Source: Eledone cirrhosa
Taxonomy: Eukaryota
Assembly (NCBI GenBank): GCA_964016885.1
Contig: OZ024741.1
Span: 325,562,001 to 325,626,000, forward strand
DNA length: 64,000 nt
Reading direction: 5' to 3'
Shown here in pieces: positions 38,810 through 52,493 of the stretch. Under the pieces are notes generated by a model. The model searched no databases, was not told where the DNA came from, and saw only the letters and a program-made list of their open reading frames with translations. How positions within the stretch are numbered: the first letter of the stretch is position 1; the number at the start of each line of letters is the position of its first letter. Position numbers and translations under genes: made by a program.

Positions 38810-39036
38810 GAAGGCGCGTGGCCTAGTGGGTAGGGATTGGAGTCACGATAAAAAAGGTCGTGCGTTGGATTCCAAGATCGAGCGGAGCGCTGTGTACTTG
38901 AGCAAGTTGTGTCATTTCCTAGGGGTTAAATTATTTAATTCACAATTATAATGTCCTGAGAGCAATTTCATGATCGGGTGGTGCATTTTTGTTCTTGAGA
39001 AAAACCCTTTACTTCTCGATGCTCCAGTCCCTCAGC
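38810..39036 (+). mobile_element. Decayed tRNA-derived SINE of a second family
   Basis: GGCGCGTGGCCTAGTGGGTAGG (A box) and GTTGGATTCC (degenerate B box). Confidence 0.5.
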
Positions 39037-39332
39037 CAGGAAAAAATGAATCCCAGCAGTAGTTAAGCTTCAAATCAGCGAGAAAGAAAGAGTGAGAGAG
39101 AGAGAGGGAGGGGGGGGGGAGAAAGAGAAAGAAAGAGAGAGGGAAAGAGAAATAGAGACAGAAAGAAAGAGTGAGAAAGAGAGAGAGACTAAGAGAGATA
39201 GAGAGAAATAGAAGGAAAGAGAAAGAAAGAGAGAGAGATGAAAAGGGAGCATGGCAGAACGAGTGGAGAAAGTTATTTACAGGAGACAAGCGACACTCCC
39301 AGGGAGAAACCCCTCGGTCTCATTCTACATCC

Positions 39333-39527
39333 AATAATAAGTGTTTCTATTTTTGGCACAAGGCCAGCAATTATCCCCTTGCATTACTGGTACTTCATTT
39401 AATCGACCCCGTAAGGATGAAAGGCAAAGTTAACCTCGGCAGGATTTGAACTCAGACCGCAAAGGGACATAACTCGCTGCTGCAAAGCATGGCGTTCAAC
39501 TCTCTACTGATACTGCCAATTCACCAA
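39333..39527 (-). mobile_element. tRNA-derived SINE
   Basis: Reverse complement of the family consensus seen elsewhere in the window. Confidence 0.85.
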
Positions 39528-39839
39528 GGTGATCAACAGATTAACTAGTTAAGAAATATTCTCTAAATGATAAAGAGGGAAATTATGGCCGTTCAAAATC
39601 GTAAATGTATATCCACTCAGATATGGAGAAGGATGGACTCAGCCAGGTTTAAATTCCAAAAGCATGTTGTATGTCATGATGACGTCCCTAAGACTAAATT
39701 AAGAGTTAAGGCCCCATGTGTCTTACATATTGCTAGTGTCAGCAGTATCTTTTTATAAACATACATAAATTTTGGTACCAGAAACACAAATATTCCAATT
39801 CAAGAACCAATTTCGTCAAGAATGTGTGGTATTGTATTT

Positions 39840-39898
<59 letters not shown>

Positions 39899-40535
39899 CT
39901 TGAAATAAAAGTTTACCATTTTTAAGGGAAAACATTTAAATGTTTTCACAAATAAATATTGCTAATTATATCTAATTATGTCTTCAGATATATTTACGTT
40001 CATGAAAATTTAATCACAGCCCTATTAGCTTTTCCATTCACGCCAGTTTTTTTCTTTTTAAATAATTTATAATTTCTCAAGTTGTTATATTATTGTTGGT
40101 TGTTGCTGTTATAGTTATCGTTGTCGTCGTCGTTGTTGTATATGTTGATGTCGTTATTGTTGTCTTCGTATTCGCCGTCGTCGTAATTGTTGTTGGGTAT
40201 GTTACTGTTGTCGTTGTCGTTGTCGTGGTTTTCACCGTCGTCGTTTTTGTTGTTTTTGTTGTCATTACTGTTGGTGTTATTAGTATTCAGTATATCTTGT
40301 GTTTTATTTATACACAAGCTTCTACTTCTTAATTATTTTCTTTTTAGTTAAGTCATATTTAGAGTTCTATAGCAAGAAAGACAAATAAATTCCATCTGCA
40401 ATATAAATATAATATATACACATAAAAATTCCAAAATAATGTATGTATGTATGTATGTATGTATGTATGTATGTATGTATGTATGTATGTATGTATGTAT
40501 GTATGTATGTATGTATGTATGTATGTATGTATGTA

Positions 40536-41135
40536 TCACCAGTTGGTGCTACTGGTAACATGTATCCCAGTACAACCTCTCATGGTCGGGTCGTTGGCGA
40601 CTAAACTGGCAACCCCACCAAGGTTTCTTGGTGAGGAGGATGACTTTGGACATCCTGCAGGACTAAAAACAAAACCTGTCAAAGGGCAAAGGAGCTCTTA
40701 AAAGTCAATGACCATCCCAAATCACCGGGGGAGATGACCCCTTAGCCTTTGTCAAGGCAGAATTCTAGGAGAAGGAAAACTCTGATATAACACCTGCAAC
40801 CATGATGGTATCTAATGATGTTGACTTGTTCTTCTTTTTGGTAAATATCATCTTGGTTAAGAGAGTGGGACTGGCTTTGTGCAGTGCCTTTGCTCACTAT
40901 AAAAGCTTCACGGCACAGGCATTGCTTTATATCTGGAGATCTCTCTGCACTTGTCGTCACATGGTACCATGGGCCCAGCACTATGTGTCAATAATTGTCA
41001 CAGGTGTAGTGTTTGTACCAGAGTTTTCAAGTCGCTGGCTGGACTAAAAAGTCACACACGTTCAGCGCATCGGTAGGGGTTCTCCTACATGGATATAAAG
41101 TAGTGGCCGTACTCGAAAATGAGTTGGCAGCCACC
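40536..41135 (+). mobile_element. 600-bp non-autonomous RTE-derived retroelement between (ATGT)n tracts
   Basis: C-terminal zinc-finger remnant [25 protein letters not shown] at 40999-41076; (ATGT)n tail; four more copies at 58.6-60.6 kb. Confidence 0.7.
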
Positions 41136-41212
41136 ATGTATGTATGTATGTATGTATGTATGTATGTATGTATGTATGTATGTATGTATGTATGTATGTA
41201 TGAATGTATGAA

Positions 41213-41278
<66 letters not shown>

Positions 41279-41371
41279 TTAGTTAAGCAAAACAAGACCA
41301 CAGATTTCACAAGGAAGACATTATTAAAAGATTGTCAACATATTTTAGTTTGGTGTAAGGAGTGTAGAGAA

Positions 41372-41541
41372 TAATAATAATTGTTTCTACTTAAGGCACA
41401 AGGCCAGCAATTAGCCAGTGCATTACTGGTACTTTATTTTATCGACCCCGTAAGGATGAACGGCAAAGTCAACCTCGGCGCGATTTGAACTCAGATCGTA
41501 AAGGGACGTAACTATGCAGGAAAGCATGGCGTCCGACCCTT
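41372..41541 (-). mobile_element. tRNA-derived SINE, head cut off at the adjacent PLE
   Basis: Family core and B box present; A box region missing. Confidence 0.85.
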
Positions 41542-41542
41542 A

Positions 41543-42822
41543 ATTTCGACATAACTATGGGATCATCTGACTCAGCTCAGGTAACGGACCTTGTGGGCCT
41601 ATTTATAATTAATTCGCTACATAGAAAAATACCAGGTGTAACCGGAGGATTATATCGTGATGACATGCTTTTACTTATTGAAAATAATAGCTGTGAACTA
41701 AATAGAAAAAGAAAACAAATTATACAATTTTTTAATTACTTTAATCTAAAAATAGAAATAGAGAATAACCATAGAATAGTCAATTTGTCGGATGTAACAC
41801 TAAATCTCAACACATGTCTTCACTATCCATTTCACAAACTAAATGAGAACTTGAATTATGTCAATTTTAACTCTAATCACCCCCAGATCTGTTAAAAATA
41901 CTATAGTGAACTCTGTTCAAGAACGAATTTCAAGAATTTCATCTAATAAAAATATTTTTGATGAAAAAGCGCAGTATTACAATGAAGCGTTAGCTAGAGC
42001 AGGATATAGAGACAAAATTAAATACATCGATAATAATAAGCAAACTAACCAAAATAATAACAATTTTAATTACGGTAACAACTTTAACAACTATAATAGA
42101 AAACATTACAATAATTCCAAAAGCCGAAAAAGAAATAGAACTAGAAATATATTATGGTTTGCCCCTCTTTCTCACTAAATATTAAAACCCATATTGCTAA
42201 ACTATTCTTTAATGCTCTTGACAAACGCTTCCCTAGAACACATAAATATCACTCAATTTTTAATAGACACACTATAAAATTAATTTACTCGTCCACCAAA
42301 AATTTAGCACAAAATATTAACAGAATTAATAATAGGAATTTAAAACCTAACCAAAATACCAATAATAACCCAAACAATATTCAATTAAATAACTGTAACT
42401 GTAGAAATAAATCTAACTGTCCGTTAAATAACAACTGCTTAGCTAAAAATGTAGTGTACAATTGTAATGTTAAAACTAATTTAAATTCTTTCAACTATGT
42501 TGGTTCCACCTCGACAGAATTTAAACTTTGCTTCAATAATCATAAGAATTCTTTCACAGATCCAAACAAAAAGTCCTCAACTTCGCTATCTAGCCTACTC
42601 TGGTACCTTAAACGAGATAATGTTAAATATTCGATGATTTGGAATATTGTCTCAAAAGGTATTCCTTTTAATTCCTCATCAGAGAGTTGTGATCTTTGTA
42701 TAGAAGAAATATTCTTTATATTAAAGTCCAAAAATTCCCTTAATTTAAGGAGCAATTTATTCAGTTGCTGCAGACATAGATTGAACTCAACGTTTAAATA
42801 TAAATATAAATTTAAAATGTAG
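41543..42822 (+). pseudogene. PLE reverse transcriptase (C-terminal half) plus GIY-YIG endonuclease, two frameshifts
   Basis: NFDITMGS, LVGL, GLYRDD, SNHP, FPRTHKYHSIFNR, CNCRNKSNCPL, VVY...YVGST, CDLC..E, SCCRHR. Confidence 0.88.
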
Positions 42823-44257
42823 TATAATTAATTAAGAAATTTAGTTAATATATGAAATCTGACGATAAATCATTAGATTCCTTCACCTTTTTCTTTTTAA
42901 ACTTTCTTCCTAAATATAAACAAGGATATAATTAAACTACTCTAAAATGTATATGCTCCCAATGTAATAAATAAAATTTACATAAGATAAATTTATATAC
43001 TAAATATAAGAGCATCCGTAGAATCACTGGGTCTTCTAAATCTTTTAAATTATTTTTAGTTTTTATTTGTTTTTTTACTCTGATAGCTTCTAATAACTTT
43101 CATATGTCTACCCTTGCAATTTCTTGTTTGAGATATAGGTAGGATAGATTTCTATAGTAAATATATAAAACATATTATTTTAACTTGAGATACTCTATAG
43201 TGTGTTAAAGATATTTAATGCTTTGATATTTCTGTATTAATATATTGATATTTGATTATCTCTATACAAAGGCCATTTGTGTGCATTAACATGCATATAA
43301 AAGGTTTATAGAGTGTATTTATGTGTTCGTATATATGTCTGTATATATGCATAACGATGCTGGAAAACTCACGCAGATATTTATTTATACATATGTATGT
43401 GTATGTATGGTTGTGTGTGTATATGTTGATGTGTGTTGCAGATATGCATAATATTAAATACATGAACGGTAATCATATATATGAGGACATGAATATTAAT
43501 CGTATTTTTATGTATATATACTGTGAAATTTTTATAACACAAGAAATGTATAGAAGTGATCAAGTGAAATCATTTGTATGTCTATATTATTGACTGGAGT
43601 AGACATAATTTTCTCTTTTTTCAGGACGTACATATGCGTGTATATATATATACATATGTGTATCCGTATTTTTATAAATAGGGTATTTTTTGAAGGTTTT
43701 AGCTCAGATTTTGGTATATTGTCCTCAAGGCTTTAAACTAAACATATGGTCATTATTGAACAATGTTATTTTCTAATATTATATATCTATGTCTCATTCA
43801 TGAATATTGATATTTACATTTTTATTATTCATTTCATATGAATTGTTAATTACATTAATATGACATGACGTAAAGTTGTCACTATATCCTCCTCTCTCTA
43901 TATAGTACTTCCTCTCTCTTGAGTTTCTCTATCTGTATGATGAATTATTATCTCTCTGTTGCTTTCTTTTGTCTTTCTTATTTCTTTCTTTTTTCTTTCT
44001 TTTTCATTTCCTCCTATCTATTTATATATATCTTTCTTTTCTGCATGCATTCCTTTTCTCTCTCTCCTTTTTCTCTCTCCTTCTCTCTCTCCGTTTTTTT
44101 CTTTTTTTCTTTCTCTCCGTCTTTTTTCTAACTGTGCTTAACACTATAACTAATAAAATAATTATAAACATCTCACTATCCAGACAGCTTCCAAAAATAA
44201 TGGTCGCATCTAATAGGGTACGTCAAAATTATTTATAAAACTGTTTATATATTGTAT

Positions 44258-44313
44258 TTTGTCTGATGAAGGCATACCATATTTTAATTTGTTATCCCTG
44301 AAATATGTATAAT
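44258..44313 (+). ncRNA. Minimal hammerhead ribozyme
   Basis: CTGATGA-AGG...CCT-GAAA-TAT-GTA, then AATAAA; stem I weak. Confidence 0.62.
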
Positions 44314-44447
44314 GAAATAAATATGGTTTTATAAATATAGTTTCCATTTATTTAATATCGTATATCTACTCCAAAAACTTGTCGAGTGCTTTATATCAGT
44401 TATAAAATATTTACTTGTTGTATCCCAACAATTTTAAATAGAACTTT

Positions 44448-44538
<91 letters not shown>

Positions 44539-44540
<2 letters not shown>

Positions 44541-44763
44541 CAACGAAAGAACTTTGATAAACTATATATATGTGTTTGTGTCTATATTGTATCTGTATTA
44601 TTTTTGACCGTTGGTCAGTCAATAGCAACATTGAGGACCGAATAAGTTAGATTACCGATATAAAAGACACAGAAGCGAAAAGCGAAAACCAACCAAACAG
44701 TGAGTGTGTTCTGTTATTAATTCTGGCAATATTACACAAATATGACCCTCCCCAAGTATAACA
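44539..44763 (+). mobile_element. 225-bp TG...CA element inside (TA)n, solo-LTR-like
   Basis: TATTG...CAATA termini, internal ATATAAAAG; 3' end ATGACCCTCCC(A)AAGTATAACAA shared with 13817-13911. Confidence 0.45.
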
Positions 44764-44852
44764 ATATATATATATATATAGGAACCAGTAAGACCCCGAC
44801 AGCTGAGCTCAAGCCGTTTCGACGGCTAATTCAGTCCAGAATTAGCCGTCGA

Positions 44853-46469
44853 AATTTAAGGAGTAATTTATTCAGTTGCTGCAGACATAGATTGAACTCA
44901 ACGTTTAAATATAAATATAAATTTAAAATGTAGTATAATTAATTAAGAAATTTAGTTAATATATGAAACCTGACGATAAATCATTAGATTCCTTCACCCT
45001 TTTCTTTTTAAACTTTCTTCCTAAATATAAACAAGGATATAATTAAATTACTCTAAAATGTATATGCTCCCAATGTATTAAATAAAATTTACGTAAGATA
45101 AGTTTCTATACTAAATATAAGGGCATCCGTAGAATCACTGGGTCTTCTAAATCTTTTAAATTATTTTTATTTTTTATTTGTTTTTGACTCTGATAGCTTC
45201 TAATAACTTTCATATGTCTACCCTTGCAATATCTTGTTTGAGATATAGGTAGGATAGATTTCTATAATAAATATATAAAACATATTATTTAACTTGAGAT
45301 ACTCTATAGTGTGTTAAAGATATTTAATGCTTTGATATTTCTGTATTAATATATTGATATTTGATTATCTCTATACAAAGGCCATTTGTGTGCATTAACA
45401 TGCATATAAAAGGTTTATAGAGTGTATTTATGTGTTCGTATATATGTCTGTATATATGCATAACGATGCTGGAAAACTCACGCAGATATTTATTTATACA
45501 TATGTATATGTATGTATGGTTGTGTGTGTATATGTTGATGTGTGTTGCAGATATGCATAATATTAAATACATGAACGGTAATCATATATATGAGGACATG
45601 AATATTAATCGTATTTTTACGTATATATACTGTGAAATTTTTATAACACAAGAAATGTATAGAAGTGATCAAGTGAAATCATTTGTATGTCTATATTATT
45701 GACTGGAGTAGACATAATTTTCTCTTTTTTCAGGACGTACATATGCGTGTATATATATATACATATGTGTATCCGTATTTTTATAAATAGGGTATTTTTT
45801 GAAGGTTTTAACTCAGATTTTGGTATATTGACCTCAAGGTTTTAAACTAAACATATGGTCATTATTGAACAATGTTATTTTCTCATATTATATATCTATG
45901 TCTCATTCATGAATATTGATATTTACATTTTTATTATTCATTTCATATGAATTGTTAATTACATTAATATGACATGACGTAAAGTTGTCACTATATCCTC
46001 CTCTCTCTATATAGTACTTCCTCTCTCTTGAGTTTCTCTATCTGTATGATGAATTATTATCTCTCTGTTGCTTTCTTTTGTCTTTCTTATTTCTTTTTTT
46101 TTCTTTCTTTTTCATTTCCTCCTATCTATTTATATATATCTTTCTTTTCTGCATACATTCCTTTTCTCTCTCTCCTTCTTTTTTTCTCTCCTTCTCTCTC
46201 TCAGTTTTTTCTTTTTTTCTTTCTCTCCGTCTTTTTTCTAACTGTGCTTAACACTATAACTAATAAAATAATTATAAACATCTCACTATCCAGACAGCTT
46301 CCAAAAATAATGGTCGCATCTAATAGGGTACGTCAAAATTATTTATAAAACTGTTTATATATTGTATTTTGTCTGATGAAGGCATACCATATTTTAATTT
46401 GGTATCCTTGAAATATGTATAATGAAATAAATATGGTTTTATAAATATAGTTTCCATTTATTTTATATC

Positions 46470-46472
<3 letters not shown>
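44853..46472 (+). mobile_element. Second, shorter tandem copy of the Naiad-type PLE 3' region
   Basis: Matches 42742-44365 at ~2110-bp offset with scattered SNPs; ends in (TA)n. Confidence 0.92.
46368..46423 (+). ncRNA. Minimal hammerhead ribozyme (second copy)
   Basis: CTGATGA-AGGCATACCA...TGGTATCCTT-GAAA-TAT-GTA. Confidence 0.62.
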
Positions 46473-46518
<46 letters not shown>

Positions 46519-47020
46519 ACATATATTACATTAACGCTTGATATAGTGGCTGGTACTTTAATGATACTGACTTAATTAAAACATTGAATAAGTGGGAAAA
46601 CTATCGAAGTTATATCGGTCCTATTCGATGACTTCGTTTCCAAAAAAAACATATACAGCATTGCAAGTATATCTGTCATTGCCAGTGACTATATGTGTGT
46701 ATATCAGGTCCTTTGTATATTTTGTATGAAATTAACCATTTATAATTCAATTTGAAAGGAATCTTCAGTGAAAGGATATCAACACAATCTTAATCTCACG
46801 GCAAATAGTCTCAACAAATACATTGAATAATATTTAACAAATGAAATATTAAATAATCATGATCATCCTCTCTTTTTCTTTTATTTATGTTGTCCCCTGT
46901 ATTACATTATTTAGTGTGAACTGTTTGTTATTTCATTCGCTCATGTGTCGTTACCCTCGTAATTCTGTGGAAATTAGTATATTTTTCGTTGAGTTTTTAT
47001 GTATTTATATTGTCCCACTC

Positions 47021-49288
47021 AATATGCAGATCACCAGCACCATATTTCAAAGAAAAACCTGTTCACTTGGATATCACCAGACAGTATAACTTAGAATCAA
47101 ATAGACTTTATAATAGCAAGAAAATCTTCAGCAAGATTAAGCATATTAGACAGCACTGCACTTAACACTCCTGATATAATATCTGACCATCGAATGGTGC
47201 GCACAAGATTTCGTGTCAACTTTGTTTGACCACAAAGATCTAAAATACCATCTAAAGTTAACTTAGACAAACTCTCATGAAACGAAACAGCAAGTCGATT
47301 CAAACTCGAGTTGCAAAAAACCACTTTTCAGCTTTGCAATCTGATGAAGACCAGACAAGATTTATGATGCTATCTGCAGAGGCATAAAAGAGGTATCTGA
47401 AGAGATTTTACCCAAGGAAAGCCTTTCTATCCCACAATGGATGTCACAACAAACAAACAAAGCAATATCTGAAAAACAGAATCAGAAGAGAATATGGCCA
47501 TATATCAGCGCAATATAGAATAGCAAAGGCTGAATCCCCCCCAAAAGAACTCGTTAAATCAGACAAACTTAAGCAAATGTACAACATTGAGGAGCTGAAT
47601 AACCTACTACTCCACAGGTTATATCATGCTGTTCTGAAGAAGCTAAAGACTAAACCAAGAAATCTTAGCTGAGGCATTAAAGATTCAAACGATACTATCG
47701 TTACTTCCAAATATGATATCCTTGAACGCTGGGTCAAAATCTATGAAGAACTGTACTTCAGCAGCTCAGAACCAACAACCATTCATGATTCAACATCAGA
47801 TGCCATTCCATCTATCCTAGCTAGCGAGATATCTAATGCCATAACAAATTTGAAGTGAGGAAAAAGCCTTAGACTGGACAACAAATACTCAGAATTCATC
47901 AAAGCTGAAGGTGAACCAGTTATCAAAGCACTTCAACATGTTTTTAACTGTATTATCACTATAGGAAAAAGCCCAGATATGTTCAAGAAAGTGTTGATAG
48001 TTAAAATGGTAGCAGACTCGATTGTGGGAATTATTGTCCTATCGGCCTATTGAGTCATATTTAGAAGCTTTTCATGAGTATCATTGCAGCACGAGTGAAG
48101 TCAGACCTTTACGCCTCATTTCCTGAAACGCAAGCTGCATATCAGCCTGGAAGAGGCACCATTGAACAGATCTTATCTATTGAAGAAATCATTGAGAAAT
48201 CAATAGAATTCAACAACCCTGTGCACATCACCTTCCTTGACTTCACAAAAGCTTTTGACAACGTGAAACTACCCAGCTCGTGGCAACTCTTAAACAAGAC
48301 CTCAATTAACAAGAAATACATCAACCTACTGAAAGATACACCAACTCAGCACCCAGCAGTATATATCAAAACAGATTTGGGAACTACACACTGTATAGAC
48401 ATCTTGAAGGTAGTTAAGCAGGGGAGTTTTCTATTAGCACTTCTTTTCTGTATAGTTATAGCTGCATTTATTTACCAAACTGAAGAAGAATGCTCCTCTG
48501 GCTATCAAATAGGAGGTAAAATCCTATCAAATCTTAGCTATGCAGACGATCTGGCCATCATGAATTACTCTAGAACTGATCTGCAAAACTTTCTGAATGT
48601 ACTGGCCAAATATTTGCTAGAGGCTGGCTTACACATCAACATATCCAAAACAAAATGTATGACAGCTGATAAAAACTCACAATCTACAACCAGCAAATAG
48701 CCCAAGTTACGGAGTTTGTGTATATCGTCCCAAACTATCATCAAACAACAATGGAATAGTCGTTGTGCAATATCGCATCGCTCTAGGTTGGGCAGCTTTC
48801 AACAGGAACAAGGAAGTACTAACGTCAAAATGAGTTTCCTATCATTTGAAGGCTAAGATCTTCGATACTTATATACTACCAGTTGTGTTATATGGTCTTC
48901 ATTGTGTTAATTGGACGACAAGGTCACCTCAGAAGTTCTCTACATACCAGTACCACATGATGAGACTTATGACTGGCAAGCGACTCAGTGACCGTATCTG
49001 TATCATTGGGCTACTCAACATTACCAGGCTTAGACCAATTACAGCAGTTGTCAGGTCAAGAGTGCTTAAACTGTATGGTAATATCAAAAGACCAGCTCGT
49101 GATGTAAGTTATGCCTAGAAGGAAAGTTGGCTGGTAAGAAAAGCAGAGGTCGGCAGCCAAAACGATGGCTTAATAATGTCAACTTATGGACTGGACTTGA
49201 CCTTTGCTCTTTAATCTCTGCTGTTGGTGATCGAACATTGTGGAGAAAAATATCTCATGTTTGCAACTGGCGGAGTTAGCGTCTAGAG
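47021..49288 (+). mobile_element. Degenerate 5'-truncated LINE (APE end plus RT; RTE-like) with 14-bp TSD
   Basis: SDHRMV, QAAYQPGRGTIEQI, FLDFTKAFD, SYADDL, SRGRQPKRW; TSD ATATTGTCCCACTC at 47007-47020 and 49289-49302; many stops and frameshifts. Confidence 0.85.
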
Positions 49289-49904
49289 ATATTGTCCCAC
49301 TCGAATCTTTTCAGCGGCTGTTGACTCAATCCGTTGTACATGACAGAATTATAAAATACTGTACTACCCTTGTGCACGAAATCGTATTTTCAAGAGATGG
49401 CAGTTGAGGAAAATAAACTCTTTTGTTCGCTAGTCCTTTCTATTTGTTTTCCCATGTGGTCCGAGTTGTATATGGAAGCTATTTCCAGCATATTGAACAT
49501 GTTTACAATTTTCTTTGTGTGGTACAGGTATGGCTGAAGAGTTATCTTTTTTTGAAAATCACGAGGTTATAGTTTAGATCCTGCGAAAATGTCTTTTACA
49601 TAGATTCATAGACGAAAATTGCATGGAAGTCCGTCGGTTTGATTTACCTGCAGTTTGATATATTGTGTCACACCGGCCCTTCTTGAAAATTCCGTTAAGA
49701 GTACACGTGTCTATGAAATACTCACATACGTATATGTTAATTCAATCAGGAGGTTGTTTAGTTGATCAAACCACAGTGTACTCATCATCGAAATTGAAGG
49801 AAAACCCATCACATTTTGTAAAACAAATCTTGTTCTCCACTATCAAATGTAACGTGTTCGTTAAATAAGAAGTTGAGTTTTATCATTACTATCTAAATTA
49901 GAGT

Positions 49905-50640
49905 GGTGTGATAGATTGGCAGAATAGCAGAGCGCCGGGAAAATATTTGTGGTATTTAGTTACGACTTTCTACATTCTGAATTCAAATCCTGCCGAAGTC
50001 AAATTTATCTTTTATCCTCCTTGAGTCAATAAAATAAAGTTCAACTCACGTACTGGGGTCGATATAGTCGAGGTACTACTTCCCTCAAATTGCTTACCTT
50101 ATGTCAATGTTGGAAATAATTATTAATATCTAAATCGAGTCGTTAGAGGGTTCGAAAAAATACCTTGCGCATTTTTCCGGCTCTGAACGTTCTGAGTTCA
50201 AATCCTGCCAAGATCTACTTTGTATTTCTTCCTTTCGGAGTCGATAATATAAAATACTAGTAAAGAACTCGCTGTGCATTTTTCATTAAAAATTCTGACA
50301 TTTTGCCTAAATTGAAAACCATTAGTGAATTGGCAGTATCGGTAGAGGGTCGGACGCCATGCTTTGACGCATGGAGTTACGGCCGTTGCCATTCTGAGTT
50401 CAAATCCCGCCGAGGTTAACTTTACCTTTCATCCTTACGGGGTCGATAAAATAAAGTACCAGTAATGTACTGGTGTAATTGCTGGCCTTGTGCCAATAGT
50501 AGAAACAATTATTATTATAATCTAAATTGAAAATCGTAGATTGGAAAAGCGGTTAGAATGTTGGACAAAATATTTTCTACGGCATTTGTTTCGGTTATCT
50601 CACTGAGATCCACTTTGCCTTTCATCCTTACAAATTCAAT
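49905..50640 (+). mobile_element. Cluster of about four same-orientation SINE copies (best preserved 50325-50515)
   Basis: Repeated (G/A)TTCAAATCC boxes and GCCTTTCATCC cores. Confidence 0.78.
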
Positions 50641-52044
50641 AACAGACCTGTCAACCTCTAAAACCCCAATGGGGTACTCCCCATAAAAAAAGTACCCCCA
50701 AAGGGGAGAAATGACGCATACTCACTCCATAAAAAAGGTTTCTAGCATGGTGCCAAAAATAAGAACCAATATCTAAATGACTTGCCCAAAAGTAGCGATC
50801 GTTTGGAATTATTGTTTTCAATTTTTCTTAGAAATACTTGAACAAAGTTTTGAACATGTCAGTAGTTTTTGAAACACCAGAACAATTAATCAGTCCATGA
50901 AATAAAATGAACAAAAGAGTAACGACATCCTAATGGGGTTTAGGTGGTTATGTTTCGACAAAGCGGTCTAGTGGTAATGGCGGTGATGGTAGCGGTGATG
51001 GTAGGAGTGATGGTAATGGGGATTCTAGTGGTGGGAAATGTTAATTTATTAAAGCCGAAATATTTGTTAATTTTTTTATATTCTGCTTTAGCCTGCAGCA
51101 CATTAGTGCTTCAGACGGGAACGAAGATATAAAAAAAAAATGAAAATGGAAATATAATAACGATTGTTAGAATTTTGTATCATGCATCCGTGGGCCGAAT
51201 CAGAAAAACGACCAAGGTCATTTGTTGGGATTGTTACATAATAAATACTACAAAAATAAGAGAAAAAGGAACCGCCAATGAAATTCCAGTCAATAATATT
51301 AGGAGGGTGAAAAATTAACTCAGCTAGACTTGAAATAACCAAAGCGAATGTCCATTAACTTGCTTAAAACTCCGGCTATTATTATTAAAATTACATCACC
51401 ATTATTAAAAAAATATATTTAAAAAATCAAAATCACTAAAAATTGTTATTCTTTTTAGTTTCAGTTTCTGCATTTTAGATTGTGTGTGTGGGGATGGGGT
51501 TGGGGTTGGGGGTTGGGGTGATTGTTATAAAAAAAAAAAAAAACCCAACCCACCATCAAAAATAAAGAACATAAATGTTTGATGCAAAGGTATTTTTTAT
51601 CTTTTTATTTATTTATCTATTTATTTATTCATTTATTTTAATTTATATTTCAAGGGAATCATTCTTGCAATTTTTATCAAGTTTCAATCCAATATTTTAA
51701 AACTCATCGTTTGATTATTATTTAGAAGAGTGCGTTTCCTAAAGACATCCGCTATTAAAGAGAATAAAATAAAATTAAAATACTCTATACAGTTGATTTA
51801 CAGCATCGTCTCAGTTTGATAGCCATAAAGTATCAAGGAATTTATTTTCCTATTGCTTTTTGGCTCATTGTTTTTTACTTTTGATTTTTTTTTCACATTA
51901 GGTACTATGCCTCAGCATGGCCACAATTCAATGGCTGAAACTTGTAAAACAACGAAGAAGAAAAGTTTAAACAAAATTGGTTGATTTACGAAGCATTGCG
52001 ATGTTTGAAAGTTGGAAAGACAGTCACCATAATGCAAATAACTA

Positions 52045-52231
52045 TAATTGTTTCTACATTTGGCACAAGGCCAGCAATTACCCAGTGCATTACTGGTACT
52101 TTATTTTATCGACCCCGTAAGGATGAAAGACAAAGTTAACCTAGGTGGTATTTAAACTCAGACCGTAAAGGGACGTAACTCTATGATGCAAAGCATGGCG
52201 TCCGACCCTCTACTGATACTGCCAATTCACT
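52045..52231 (-). mobile_element. tRNA-derived SINE
   Basis: Reverse complement of the family consensus. Confidence 0.85.
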
Positions 52232-52316
52232 GTCCTATAACTATAATAATAGTCGATAACTATAAATAATAGTTGACTAAATCGACTAAAGTTCCTCTGG
52301 AGACGGAAAAGAGATA

Positions 52317-52493
52317 CCTGCCGAGACCTGTGGTGTACTTGGTCTTCGAACTACAGCTTTTCCCTGCAAAACTGAGAGGAGTACATCCAGTCTGAGGAAA
52401 GAGCCGCGTAGTGTGGAGTGGTTGATGCAGCGGGTGTCATTGGATGTTTTCCGTGGCAATGCTTTTGCCATGTGGCCTGCAAGACTCAGCTGA
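52317..52493 (+). pseudogene. C-terminal fragment of a CRE-type RLE retrotransposon protein
   Basis: Manual translation PAETCGVLG...EPRSVEWLMQRVSLDVFRGNAFAM resembles the ET.G..G / QR.S....RGNA signature. Confidence 0.55.

Larger units (their letters stand above)
41542..44449 (+). mobile_element. 5'-truncated Penelope-like element (Naiad-type) with long 3' region and HHR
   Basis: RT and GIY-YIG motifs, HHR, ends in (TA)n. Confidence 0.87.

Noticed and set aside
42850-42885. Possible SECIS element after the Naiad-type ORF (ATGA...AAA hairpin)
   Set aside because: The 3' GA of the quartet is not correctly placed and no in-frame TGA is seen in the ORF remnant
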